From the NCBI RefSeq assembly GCF_026210795.1, contig NC_089432.1:4092001-4156000 (forward strand): a stretch of DNA of 64,000 nucleotides. The letters run 5' to 3'. The position numbers and the translations under genes were made by a program. The notes under the pieces were generated by a model. It was not told where the DNA came from. It made no database searches and was given only the letters and a program-made list of their open reading frames with translations. Below are positions 11,537-24,400 of the stretch, one piece after another. The first letter of the stretch is position 1. Every line of letters begins with the position of its first letter. Source of the stretch: Rhizophagus irregularis (lineage: Eukaryota).

Positions 11537-14500
11537 ATGCTACGTAAAACATTTCGCTACAAACATGCAAATAAACAGTTAACACTTCACAAACGTTATT
11601 CTTACATATCATCTTTACGAGATTATGATATTAAAAATGCTATTAAAGCGTATTCAAATAATCCAGTTATCGAAGAACCATTACTAAATTATTCTCAAAT
11701 AACAAATGAAACTACTAATGAATTTAGTTTAATGCAAAATTATGATGAAATCAATCATATTGCCGAAGAAATACCAACTGATAATGAATACAATACACAA
11801 TACGATAGTTCTGAAAAAGAAAGAGATATAACTGATAATGAATATGATACTGATTCAGAATCACAAAATGATAATTCTGAAAAAGAAAGACATATAACTG
11901 ATAATGAATATGATACTGATTCAGAATCACAAAATAATAGTTCTGAAAAAGAAAGGCATATAATTGATAATGCTCTAGATCCTTCTAGATTGCCAAATAA
12001 TACAAGCGATTTTTCACCATATTTTGACAACATTACCACAGCTTTGTTATTTTGTTGGATACAGAAACATAATATATGTAAGCATATTATTATATTATTA
12101 TCCAATTTGATCAATATTAGGAAAGTTTTTTAACTATTGCTTGTAAGCCATACATTTATAAACTTTTTGTTTGATATTTTAGCTACACATGCGTATGATG
12201 ACCTTGTAAGTATCATCCATCATCCAAAATTCAATAGCAATGATGTAGTGACAAACATCCGATATTTTCGTCAATGGAGACAACGGCTACCTCTTTTGCC
12301 AATAGCAGCAAATACAGTTTCGATTTCATCTAAAAAAACGCCATCGACTTCTTCTGAATCTAAAATGACATACTATTTATTGATTAATGATATTATTTGG
12401 CATGTATTAAACAATCCAGCTATAATGAATCACATGTATTTTGGTCCAGGAATCGAAGCAAATGTAAAGTCAGAATTTTGGCATGGGACTTTATGGGCCG
12501 AATCTCCACTTTTTGGTCAAGAAAAGATTGTTATTTCACAAGGTAATAATAATATCTATTTTTTAGGATCATATTTTTTTAAAAACTAAGTTCTTCACTT
12601 TATAGTAACATATTATTGCGGAGAATTTATTTATTATTTGTCCAATGGTGGACATAAGCTGCTTGGTTTTCTTAGATCGATACAAGTTAATGAAGAAAAC
12701 CAATATGTATTGAAAATACAAAAACTTTTGTATTATGAAGATATACCTGGTATATTTAAAGGGCATCTTAGACAGCAACGATCCAAATCTGGTGAAGTAT
12801 GGATGCTTGATGATAACTTTGTTTTCATTTGTCCTTCACAAGTTTATAATAAAGCAACAGTCAAATTGCCACATTTACATCAAGTTCTGTCTCACAGTGA
12901 TCTTTATGTATTAGAAATAATTTATAAACATAATAATCATTGGCGGGTTAGAGATATTCAACTATCTTACCAACATCCTGCTCACTCCATTATAATTAAT
13001 AACCCACCTGTAGATTCAATGCCAGTTTATAAATTATTCTTAGATCTTTACTATGATGATTTCGGTACATTCAGAAATGTGTATCACTCATTGGGAGGAG
13101 TTTATGTGCAATTTGGCAATATGCCAGCACATATGCGAAAACGACTCAAAAATCATTTCGTAATTGGATTTGTGCCATTCGGCGGTAATTTTGATGAGTT
13201 TATTCAGCCATTCATTAATGAGTTAAAGGAATTTGAGAAGGGAAAAATAATGAATATACAAGGGCGAGACGTCTGGGTAGTTGCAGGTTTAGGAGTAGTT
13301 ACTGCAGACTTGCCTCAAGGGAATGATTTATCAGGTGTTTTAAGACATGGGGCAACAAAGGGGTGTCGTACTTGCACTGTAGAAAAATACTCATATACTG
13401 ATAATTCTACAGATATTATCAGACTATCACGTTATAAACAATGTACTGATTTAGATTTTTCCTTAATTGCAGCTGAAAGTTCAATAACAAGAAAAAAACA
13501 AATTGGTTCAGAATTCGGATTAAGAATAAAGCAAAGCATTTTAGATGAATTGCAAAGAGAAAGGCACTTGCAAACCCCGCAAGATATATATCATGCCACA
13601 GCAGGAAAAATTAAGCGCCTTCTTAGATTGACATGTGAATTATTTTCACATGAGGGGGAAAATGCATTCATCAGAACCTGGAAAGCTTTAGAAAAACCAA
13701 AGAAATGGGCTCATTTACCAAATCCCATAAGTCATCATGAAAGTTTCATGATGTCAGATTATCTTCGCTTGGCGATGATAATGCCATTTATCCTTCACCG
13801 TTTTCTAAAGGTTATACATATTAAAAGTGATAATCTGGCTTTAATTCAGCAACGAATTAACGTTCAGCGAAATGATTTGGTACCAAAATATATTGTAAAA
13901 TGTTGGGTTTGTGTTGCTCAAACCATGAAAATTGCTTTTGATAGACATTTTACTAATGAAAAATATATTGAATTGCAAAGATGTTTAGACGCCGAAATGA
14001 ATATTTTAACACAAGTAGTTCATAATATTTATTATGGTTCTTCATTAATTTGCCTTATATTGATTTACATATTATATATATTTAGGTTTTTGAAGAATTC
14101 GTCAACCTCCCAAATCTTCATCTTAATTTTCATTTTCTTTTACATGCCCGTACTTATGCCACTTTATCTAATACTCAAGTGGGTATAAAAGAAATGATAC
14201 ATAGGATTTTCAAATCAATGGTGCTAAAAACTAACCGAAAAACAGTGGAGCTTGATTTGATTAAACGTTATAACACTATCTTTGCAATACGGCATCTTGT
14301 TGATGGAGGAACCGATAGAAGATTTTCACGATCTAGCAATGGCTTCACTTCATTGCGAAAAAGTGACAAAAGCTTATTTACTAATTGGTATGTTACAGAG
14401 ATAATTCATTTTCTCAAGATGATTATGAAAATGAAACTGGAGGTAATAAAGTTGCAATTATTTTACTTTAATATAACTTCAATATAATTCAAAATTCGTA

Positions 14501-15064
14501 ATTATAACCCTTTATAAAGTTCAATTATCAATAGGATGTTTTTACGATATTAAACTAAAACAAAGAATATCTTCAAAAAATACTGGAAATTTTGTAACAT
14601 TTTCGTTACAAGATGCCAATTTTAAAGCTGAACTATATGAATCTTATAAAGATCTTAAACTTAATTCAGCACTCATAAATTCTTCTTTAACTTGGTATCA
14701 ACGGGTTTCCTACATGACGGAAGATAATTATGGAAATACTGAAAAAGTCTGTTTACAACTTGGAGATATTTTAACAATACAAGAAGAGGAGTGCGAATCT
14801 TATGCCAAGCTTCAATCGATATTTCAACATAAAGGCAATGATGATAAGTTCTATGTCTTTATTGTTGTTGCTTGGTTTGAATATGTTAACCAAAATCATA
14901 CAATTTTAGAATGTCCGATTTATAGGCTTAATGATCGGCAATGGAGAAGAGTATTCCCGATTACTGTTATTGATAAAGCTCATAAAGCACACTTTATACG
15001 CAGATCAGTTGACACAGATGATGGTTATTGGTACAAAAATCAATTTTATTTCACGGCTATTTGA
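11537..15064 (+). CDS. Spliced DDE transposase (CMC/Plavaka-like) with possible C-terminal BAH-like domain; apparent 1-nt frameshift near 14400
   Basis: Motifs LYYDDFG, VTADLPQG, GCRTC, QDIYH and PNLH...KEMIHRIFK match the D / D / CxxC / DxxH / E layout of CACTA-group transposases. Five exons approx 11537-12077, 12183-12542, 12607-14013, 14086-14442 and 14519-15064. A 66-bp acidic repeat lies at ~11810-11965. Confidence 0.82.
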
Positions 15065-15485
15065 TTGTTTTATTTATTACCTTTGTACTATTACAATGAA
15101 GCTGCTATTAGGTAGCTTAGTAGTTTAAATCAATATCAATACAATATAATATTTAGGTTACCTAATTTTATTGAATTTTTACCTATAAACTGCTTAGTAG
15201 CAACTTAAGAACAACCTACACATAAATATTTAAATTACCATTAAGTATTCTATAAATCGCTTATTTTAAATTATTAAACTACCTTCAAGTAACGTATAGG
15301 CTACCAATTATTAAATATCTAAGCTACCTATAAATCTTTATAGTGTTTACATAAATGATGCTTATCAAAATTGTCTAGGTTACTTTAAAGGTAACCTAGT
15401 TGTGATGTTTTATGTCTGCTAATAGGTGGCAGTTAGGTAATCTTTGTGTGGCCTAACTAAATCAAATTTTGGGGTTTCAGTAAAG

Positions 15486-16157
15486 TATTGCCATCAGGCT
15501 ACCATTATTTGCAGCTATTTCATACCAATAAAAAGCCTTTTTTAAATCCTTTTCAACACCTATTCCTTTTTCATAACAATAACCAATGCTTACTTGTCCA
15601 GGTGTAAAATTTTTATCAACTGCTTTTTCATAATATTCAATAGCTAACTTATCATTTTTCATAGTTCCTTTTCCATAAAAATAACACTCACCAATAAAAT
15701 ATTGTGCCAAAATATGATTTTTTTCTGATGCATTAATAAACAAATTAAATGCATTTTCATCATTTTTATTTATTTCAATTCCATAATAATCAAAATATCC
15801 AAGAATAAAAATAGAATTTGAACTATTTTTATTATCTAATAACCAATTATAAACTTCATGTGAATTTAAATCATAATTATTAAAATATTCAATAACTTGT
15901 TGTTTCACTGAATTTATTTCAAGTCCTTTATTTATTAATTTAAAAATAAAATCATGTATTTCATCAACTATAATGTTAAAATCTTCAATTGCAAAATTTT
16001 CTTGTTTATTTAATCTTGCTATAGGATCAATTTCTTTAATATTCATTTTATCAAAATAATGAATAAGTTGAGATAAATCTCCTTGTAATTCTGAATTATT
16101 AGTACTTAAAGAAGTATCATTAAATTCTTGTTCATTTGTATACTCGGTATCTTGCAT
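15486..16157 (-). pseudogene. 5' half of the transposon-interrupted kinase-less Sel1 gene
   Basis: MQDTEYTNEQEF...NNGSLMAI, highly similar to the 40408-41439 gene, and cut exactly at the TIR. Confidence 0.92.
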
Positions 16158-18233
16158 TTTGATATTATTGAGTGTTATCAAACGTATTGAATAATGATAA
16201 GTTAACAGTAAAGTTAGAAAAAAATGAAAAGTAAAAATTATTAAAGTTTATTGTGTATACCTATTTTATATTGTTTTTCTCGATGATAGTCGTACAAGCG
16301 TACATCGTGATTTAGTATTACCTGTTACCAAACAAAAAAGTCAGTTGATGCTCACCTTGGTACCACAGTACACAGTAAATAATGACGTCATCAAGAATTT
16401 TTTTAGCACCCAAGTTTTGTGGGCGTGGATTTTTGTGTTACAGGGGTGACAAATAAATTTTTGTCACTAAAAAATTCTGTCCCTCAGATACTTAATGTTT
16501 TTGAAGCAAGGGAATATGTACTGATCTAAAGCAGTACCCATACTATATGTTTTACCACTACCAGTTTGACTAAAAAAGTAGGGGGAAGGGTTGAATAATA
16601 AAATAATAAAATGGTTAATAAATTGTTTCATTTATCATGATTTTTTTTCTATGAAAAAGTTGTATATATTCTAATAATCATAGATGACATAGAACCGAAA
16701 ATAATTATGTGACTTATAATACTTTTAATTGAAAATAATAATACAAATTATAGTATTTTTCAATATACCTTCAGGACTAGGGAGTTTATCTTCGTTATCT
16801 TCAAATGGAAGTTGACATCTAAAGAGTTAAAAATAATAAAAAAATTGATTTCAAGTCTAACAAACTTAACTATTTCGTATGTAAGACTAAAGTTAAAAAA
16901 AAATCATAATTTTTGTTTTTTTGATAATCTCTTAACAGATTTATTTTTATGGAAAAAAATTTTCTTAAATCTTGCAAAAAAATAATAAATTTTGAAAAAT
17001 TTTATTCATCAACGGAAGATAAATTTTAATTTGTTAACCATTAAAATTTAACCAATCAGTTTGCACAAAAAATAAACGTGACTTATATATATGTGGCTAT
17101 GTATTTGTGGCTGGTAGCAAATAGGAAATAGGAAAAGTTTAAATCCGGCGACCGAAGGGAGCCCCTATACCAAATATTAATAAAGACTTTAAGATGCAAT
17201 TAAAGGATCATTTATTAAAGCAAATGAATAATATAATTTGTATTATTATTAATGATACAATTATTAAAGTATAAGAAAACGTAACGTCTGTCTAATATTA
17301 CTATTATAACTCAATAGTACAAGTTTTCGCATAATGTCCTATCCCATGGCATTTTTTTACAAGTTGCTTTTCGTTTAGATGATTTACTTTCTTGATCTTC
17401 ATAAGTATCTCGCAATGTTGCACCTGTTATAATTAGTTTTATCTGATAAAACAGTACTACGCACATTTTTCTCAACAGCGCGCGCTCATGGAAATTATCA
17501 TCTTACCGTTCAAACTCATCTTGTTCATGTTCAATAAATTCTGAAATGATAGCTACATGTTTAGTATTTACGTTACTTAATGTTATCATTAACATTTTGA
17601 AGAACTCATACCTGGATTATCAAAAGAAAAAAATCCCTTTCCGCCAAGTCCAACTTTCCAGAAGTGTCAAAGGAAAAAAAGTGTTGGTTATTCATTAGAG
17701 AAATGTCAAAGGAAGGAATGGTTTGGTTATTTATTAGAATTAAAGAATGAAAGAAGTGAAATAGAAGCGAAAAGAAAAGAAAATGATCTAGATGATAAAC
17801 TATTAAAAACTATCAAATAAACTATTTGCTGAAGTGGCCATACTCAAAAATCAGGCCGCTAAAAAAAACTAAGTCTCTCAGATACTTAATGTTTTTGAAC
17901 TCGTGGCTGCACGTGATCAGGTGACAGTTAAATGTCACTTGTTCCTTATATGGTGAAGATCGACACAAACCGCGCCCACAAAACCGGAGTGCAATAAATT
18001 TTAACGATGACGTTTTATATGTAAATTACTGCGGTACTGCTGCGGTACTGCGGTACCATGGCGACTGATTGACTTTTTTGTTTGGTAATACTAAAAATCA
18101 CGCTGTACGTTGTGCGACTATTTGGAGAAAAAAAATTTATATAATAGGCATACACAATTAAACTTAAAAAAAAAAATGAAAAGTAAAACTTTCTGTTAGC
18201 TTATTATTATTCAATACGTTCGATAATATCAAA

Positions 18234-20394
18234 ATGCAAGATACCGAAAATACAAATAATACAAATGAATGGGTCAATTGGATTGAAGAAGCTGTTGATA
18301 AAGAACATTTAAAATTTTATGAATATGAAGAATTTAATAATATTCAACATATTGGTACTGGAAGTTTCGGAAACGTATATCGTGCAAATTGGAAAAATTC
18401 AGGAAAACTAGTTGCATTAAAATCGTTTATTAGTCTTAATAACTTCACCATGAAAGAACTCGTTCGTGAGGTATTTTAATGCAGTATAATACATTTTTTT
18501 TTCGTCTATGAATTTTTATCTAATATATTTATTTCAAATATTTTATTTTTTTATTCAGTTAAAAATTCAACGCAAAGTTGATTTCCATGATAACATTATT
18601 AGTTGCTATGGAATAACAAAACTTGAGTTAGGTATTATTAACATCACATTGATAAATATAATATTCTTTTAATCGCAAAATTTTACAAAAGTTCATTTAG
18701 TAATTACTTCTTTTATTCATTAGAAAATCATAATATTTATCGGTTAGTATTGGAATACGCCGACGGTGGTACTCTTCGAAGTTATTTAAAGAAAAATTTT
18801 AACAAGCTTACTTGGGATGACAAATATAATATGGCATACCAGTTATCTTGTGCCGTATCATGCTTACATAATGAAAAAATAGTGCATCGTGATTTGGTAA
18901 TGTATTTGTATTATTAATTTATAAAAAATATTTAAATAATTTATATGTTTCTTTAATAGCACTCCTGTAATATACTAGTCCGTAATAACACAATCAAATT
19001 AGCAGATTTTGGATTATCTAAAAGAATTGGAACATCATCTAATTTTCAATCTAAATTATTTGGTGTGATTCCTTATGTCGATCCAAAAAGCTTTAGTAGA
19101 CGAAGAAATAATAATAATCAATCAACACAAATGTTCTCATTAAATGAAAAAAGTGATATTTATAGTATAGGCGTATTATTTTGGGAAATATCTAGTGGGC
19201 AGCCTCCTTTTTATGTTGAGGATGAAGAATATGATGTTGGTTTAGCTGTGGAAATTTTACAAGGTCTTAGAGAAACTGTTGTTCCTGATACTCCTGAAGA
19301 ATATATTAAAATTTATACCGGTGAGTAATATTTTAATTTTTAAATTTTATATTCTAAATATTATTAATTCTAAATTATGTTTGGTTTTAGAATGTTGGGA
19401 TGGTGAACCAGATAATCGTCCAACTATATATCAAGTCGTTGATTGGCTAAATGCAATAATTATAAAATCAGATGTAATAGTAGATAATCATCAAATGTCA
19501 AATGAACAAGAAAATGATTTTTTTATAAGTACTAATAATTTAGAATTACGAGATTTATCTCAACTTATTCAAAATTTTGATAAAATGAATACTAAAGAAA
19601 TTGATTCTATGGCAATATCAAGTAAACAAGAAAATCTTTCAACTGAAAAAGATTTTAACATTATAGTTGATGAAATAAATGATTTTATTTATAAATTAGA
19701 AAATAAAGGAATCGATTGGAAATTAAAAAAGCAGCAAGTTATTGAATATCTTAATAATCATAATTTAAATTCACAAGAATTTTATAATTGGTTATTAAAT
19801 AATCAAAATAGTTCAAATTCTATTTTTATTCTTGGATTTTTTAATTATTATGGAATTATAACAAGTGAAAACAATGATAAAGCATTTAATTTGTTTATTA
19901 ATGCATCAGAAAAAAATCATACATTAGCACAAAATTTTGTTGGTTTGTGTTATAGACATGGATATGGAACTATAAAAAATGATAAATTTTCTTTTGAATA
20001 TTATGAAAAAGCTGCAAATGATGGAAATATAGGTGCAGTGTATAATCTTGGTATTTCATATAAAAATGGAATTGGTGTTGAAAAAGATTATAATAAAGCT
20101 TTTGAATTGTTAAAGCAATCAGCTGAAGAAGGACATATAATGGGATTAATGATGTTAGGATATTGTTATGAAAAGGGTATTGGAACTAAAGTTGATAAAC
20201 AAAAAGCAATTGAATTATATCAAGAATCAGCAAATTTAGGAAACGAGGTAGCACAAAATAATCTTGGTGTTATGTATAAAAATGGAGATGGAATTGCAAA
20301 AGATATAGATAAAGCGATTTATTGGTATGAAAAATCTGCCAAACAAGGATATGAGCCAGCAAAAAATCATTTAAAAAGACTTCAAAAAAAATAA
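18234..20394 (+). CDS. Tyrosine-kinase-like protein kinase fused to Sel1 repeats (5 exons, intact)
   Basis: Exons 18234-18470, 18559-18631, 18724-18896, 18960-19320 and 19391-20394 splice in frame. Motifs GTGSFG, VALK, HRDLHSCN, DFG, SDIYSIG and [10 protein letters not shown] are followed by Sel1 repeats. Confidence 0.93.
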
Positions 20395-21465
20395 GTTTTT
20401 TAATAAACTATTCTCATTCAAATTTTAAAATTTTAGATCATTAGTTTACAGTATTTATTTTTATAAAAATTTACAAAATAGTAAACACACCGCCCTAAAA
20501 TAATGATAGTTAAAATTTTTACCTATTTTATTATATATACTTTATTTTATAATTAAACATACTCGTAAGAAGACATTTTCGATCTAACATACCTATTAAT
20601 AATGGAAGCACATTGAGACTTATCGCGAACCTTCAATTTTTCAATGGATTTTCTTTTTATTAACTACAAAAAAGAAATTTATTAATCAGAATTTTTTTAT
20701 TTATAATAATAATTTAAATACTTTATTTATTATTCCATCTATTATACAATGTATAGTCTTCTTTTTTTTCAATAGGATCCATTTGATAGTTTTTTTTTGA
20801 TAACTGAAGGTCCCATATGAAAAAATGAACACTACATTTCTTTAAAACCCCTATAAGTATTATTTTTACTAAGACCTTTTTAACTAAAATTTTTAATGAT
20901 CGTATCTTTTTTTCAAAATTAGAATTTAAAAAATCATCATAACTCTAAATTAATGCAACTGTAACTAATTATAGTGAGATATTGAGAATTTTCTTTTACA
21001 AAAAGAAGAATAAAGACATGAATATTTGAATTTATAAAAACACTTTTTAGAGAAAATAAATTAAAATAGGAAACGATTTCCAATTTTATTTGAATTTCTT
21101 TGGGTCAACTTTTTTATTATGGGCCGGTGCAAAAAGATTCGTACCTCAACAAAATGCCAATAAAAAAATTTTTTATTATATAAATGTTTATTTATTTATT
21201 TAATTTGAATTGATATATGTTTGGGAAATATAAAAATATAAGTGTAAGATTAAATTGTGTATTATCAATTAAAATTACTATAACCACTAAATTTTTATTG
21301 ATTAATTGTGCATTTTTTATATTATATTCAAAGTATTCTTTAACATATTTAAATGCCATTATCTAAAATTTAATTAAAACTTATGAAATTTTTTTTTTTA
21401 AACGAATTTAATAATGTATCATGAATGGATAAAGATTTTGAATGAGAACTTAAACTTACAATTTT

Positions 21466-24400
21466 CGCAATTATTTTAAAAAAATGGAATGCGATAAATT
21501 AATGACAAGAATTAATATGATTATAAAGAAAAGAGCAGGGCTAGCTAGAACAACTCCCAATTTTATAATTTACGAAAAAGATATCTTAGGAGTCAAATAT
21601 ATTTATGACCTACAGATGGAAATGTTGTGCAAGAATTTGTTATATCAAGCAAACGGAAATAACAAATTAAAAATTTTATTTAAAATTAAAATGATCCAAG
21701 AACAGAAAAATTTTTGGACTTCGAGATGTCCTGGTGAATTAGAAATAACGAATTATAGGAAAAATAATTGGATCATATCGGCATTAAAGGCGCTAAATAA
21801 CGAAAAAATAAAAATTTGCAATCATGAAACTAAAGATTTTAAAGAAAATCACAGAATACAAGGAGGAAAGATAGATTTAATAGAATTACTTGAAGAGAAA
21901 GACTTCGTGACAAGTGCACAATCAAGAAAATCGAAAAATATAATGTTTCTAGAAGACATCCTGGAAGCGGATGGTATTACGTTATTAAAATGGAAGCATT
22001 TATGTAAGGAACAAGTACTGAACACGAAAGGTAAAACCCCAAAATGGTTCAAAAATCTAGAACACAAATTAATAGCAGATGAGAGCGGACAAGTAAGAAG
22101 AATAAAAAATGAATTTATAGGACAATCACAAAAAGAAAACATTCACGTAAATTTATTTGATGAAAACGAAAAACAAGATAAAAGTAGCATTATAACTTGG
22201 AACGACGAAGGTGAATACCCGATATTTAGTATAGATAAAAAAAGATCGCAGAGCAAAAAATATAAAAGAATAGGTATACATTTAATATTAGTCGGAGACC
22301 ATTACGACCTAAACAATTCACCTCGATTAGAAGAATGCCAAGAATGCTACAGAAATATTAGTAAAAAAAAGGGGAACAACGAATGTTTAATATATATAGA
22401 AAATGAAATCAGCAGAAAAATGGACAGAAGAAAAGAAGAAGACGATATCAAACCTTATGAAACTTTAAATAACACTAGGGAAACGGGAACCGTTGTAAGT
22501 CCGGAGCAATAAGTCGTTTCGTCACCCAAAAGCTGCCTAAAATCTGCAACTAAAGAAACAAACAAAATATTAGCAGACGTTACATTTTGTTAAAAATAAA
22601 AAAAAAGACAAAGAAAAAATATTTAAACACATACCGTAATGCATCTATGGAGAACCGGATTTCCAACCTTACCGAAATTCATGTCCATAGATATTTGAAG
22701 AAACTGTCTAAAAAAAAGTAATAAAACAAAATGTTACTAGTAAAAGTTTTGTTATTTTGTTAAAACAAATAACAAAGTAAAAAAAATATCTTACCTAAAT
22801 CTAACGCGTCCAGATGACTCTAAAAAAAGTGAAGATGAAATATTAGCAAACATTTCGCTAAAAGAATTGATTTAAGTAAAAAGAATACTTCACTTACCAA
22901 AATATATGTCCAAGAGACTCAAAGAATCACCTACAAAAGAAAAAAAAGAAAAGAACTATTAGTAACATTTCATTAAAAGAAAAATAAAAAAAAAAGTCTG
23001 AAAGGGCCAAGTTTACACCAAAATTTATTCATAAAAAACCATTTTTCCTTGGCGCTGCTGGTAACTTTCAGTATTTTGTTTTAAACATCAACCATCTAAA
23101 AAAAGAGAAAAATTGAATGTTAACAATGCTTTGTTAGAATAAATAAATTCGAAAAAATACATTTGCAGATGTTCTCACCAAGTTTCTATGTATCCAAAGG
23201 GCTAAGAAACAATGCCTAAAAAAGAAAAAAATGTTAAAAACCGGTCATCAAGATAAAAAAATTAAAGAAAAAAAAATGAAAACCTGAAATATCACGCTCA
23301 AGGAAACTAAACACCAGAAAAAGTGAGAGAAGTAAGGGGAAGGGTAAGACGAAGGAAATAGGAAAGTACTTTTTTTTTTCATGTGACTTATTTGTTTGAT
23401 TATTGATCTTATCAGATGTGATACGCGGAGTAACGCGACGCGACAAAATTTTTTCAAATACGGGGTCTTTTTTTTTTATATAATGAACATGATACATTTT
23501 GCTTTATCAAGTAATCAAGGACATTGCATACAATGTTACTAAAAATAAAAAGTATAAAGGGAAATAAGCAGGGGCATTATGTTTCAAAAAGGAAATTGTG
23601 GTAATGACGTAGGTGGAAGGAAGGAAAAATTACATGGGTTAAACCGGTACTACAAATTTATCTAGTTCCGTACAATAAATAGTCCTTCGCTACGCTCCGG
23701 ACAATAATAAGAAAAAATGAATGGTTAAGATCTTATACAAAAGAAGATAAAAAAGATGAATTATTTAATAAAAAAATAGAATTAATAGATAAGATAATAA
23801 AAACGAATGAAGGAAATTTTACGGAGCTAATTAAAAATAGTATTTTTGAAGAAAACGAATCAAATTTGGGAACAAAACGAAGATTTTGCCTCTTAATCAA
23901 CATAAACAAAAAGAAATGGGATATAAATGATAAAGGTAAACGAATTTATCGTTATAACGTAATTTGGAAAATCTTCGAATTAGAAACTAAAAGAAATTCA
24001 AATGAAGAATTGATATTTTTAGCGAATCATGAATGTAATAATGAAAACGAATTTAAACTTATTTTATGAAGTATAATCGTGGGAATTTTAATAATTAGTG
24101 AGAATAGCGAGTTAATTTTGGGAATTAATGAGAAAGTTAATAGATTAATATTCGAATTTATTAACAATTTTAGTAATAGGAAAAAGATAGATAGTGATTT
24201 CTATCTTGAACTTTTATTTTTAGAGAATTTTTTAGAAACGAATAATATTGAACTAATCGAAAAAAATGAAAAAACATATAGAATTATAAAAGAAAAAAGA
24301 AAAGAGATGCAAGAAATGCTAAAAAACAAGAACGTAGTTAATACGATAAAATATAATTTTGAGTTAATAGAGGAAGGATTGATAAATAACGAATACAATT

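Larger units (their letters stand above)
6573..15485 (+). mobile_element. 8.9 kb DNA transposon of CMC (CACTA/Plavaka-like) type with three genes
   Basis: Perfect 13-bp TIR CTTTACTGAAACC / GGTTTCAGTAAAG and TA duplication. The empty site CAAGATTATATATTGCC is visible in the paralog at ~40755. Subterminal AGCTACCTA/TAGGTAGCT-like repeats occur at both ends, and the element encodes a DDE transposase. Confidence 0.93.

Noticed and set aside
16560..17172. Possible second Helentron-like element ending near CCGGCGACCGAAGGGAGCCCC
   Set aside because: Only one end is recognisable; boundaries cannot be defined.
17334..17820. Coding-like fragments with a 36-bp tandem duplication at ~17660-17740
   Set aside because: Interrupted by stops with no recognisable family; not enough to call.
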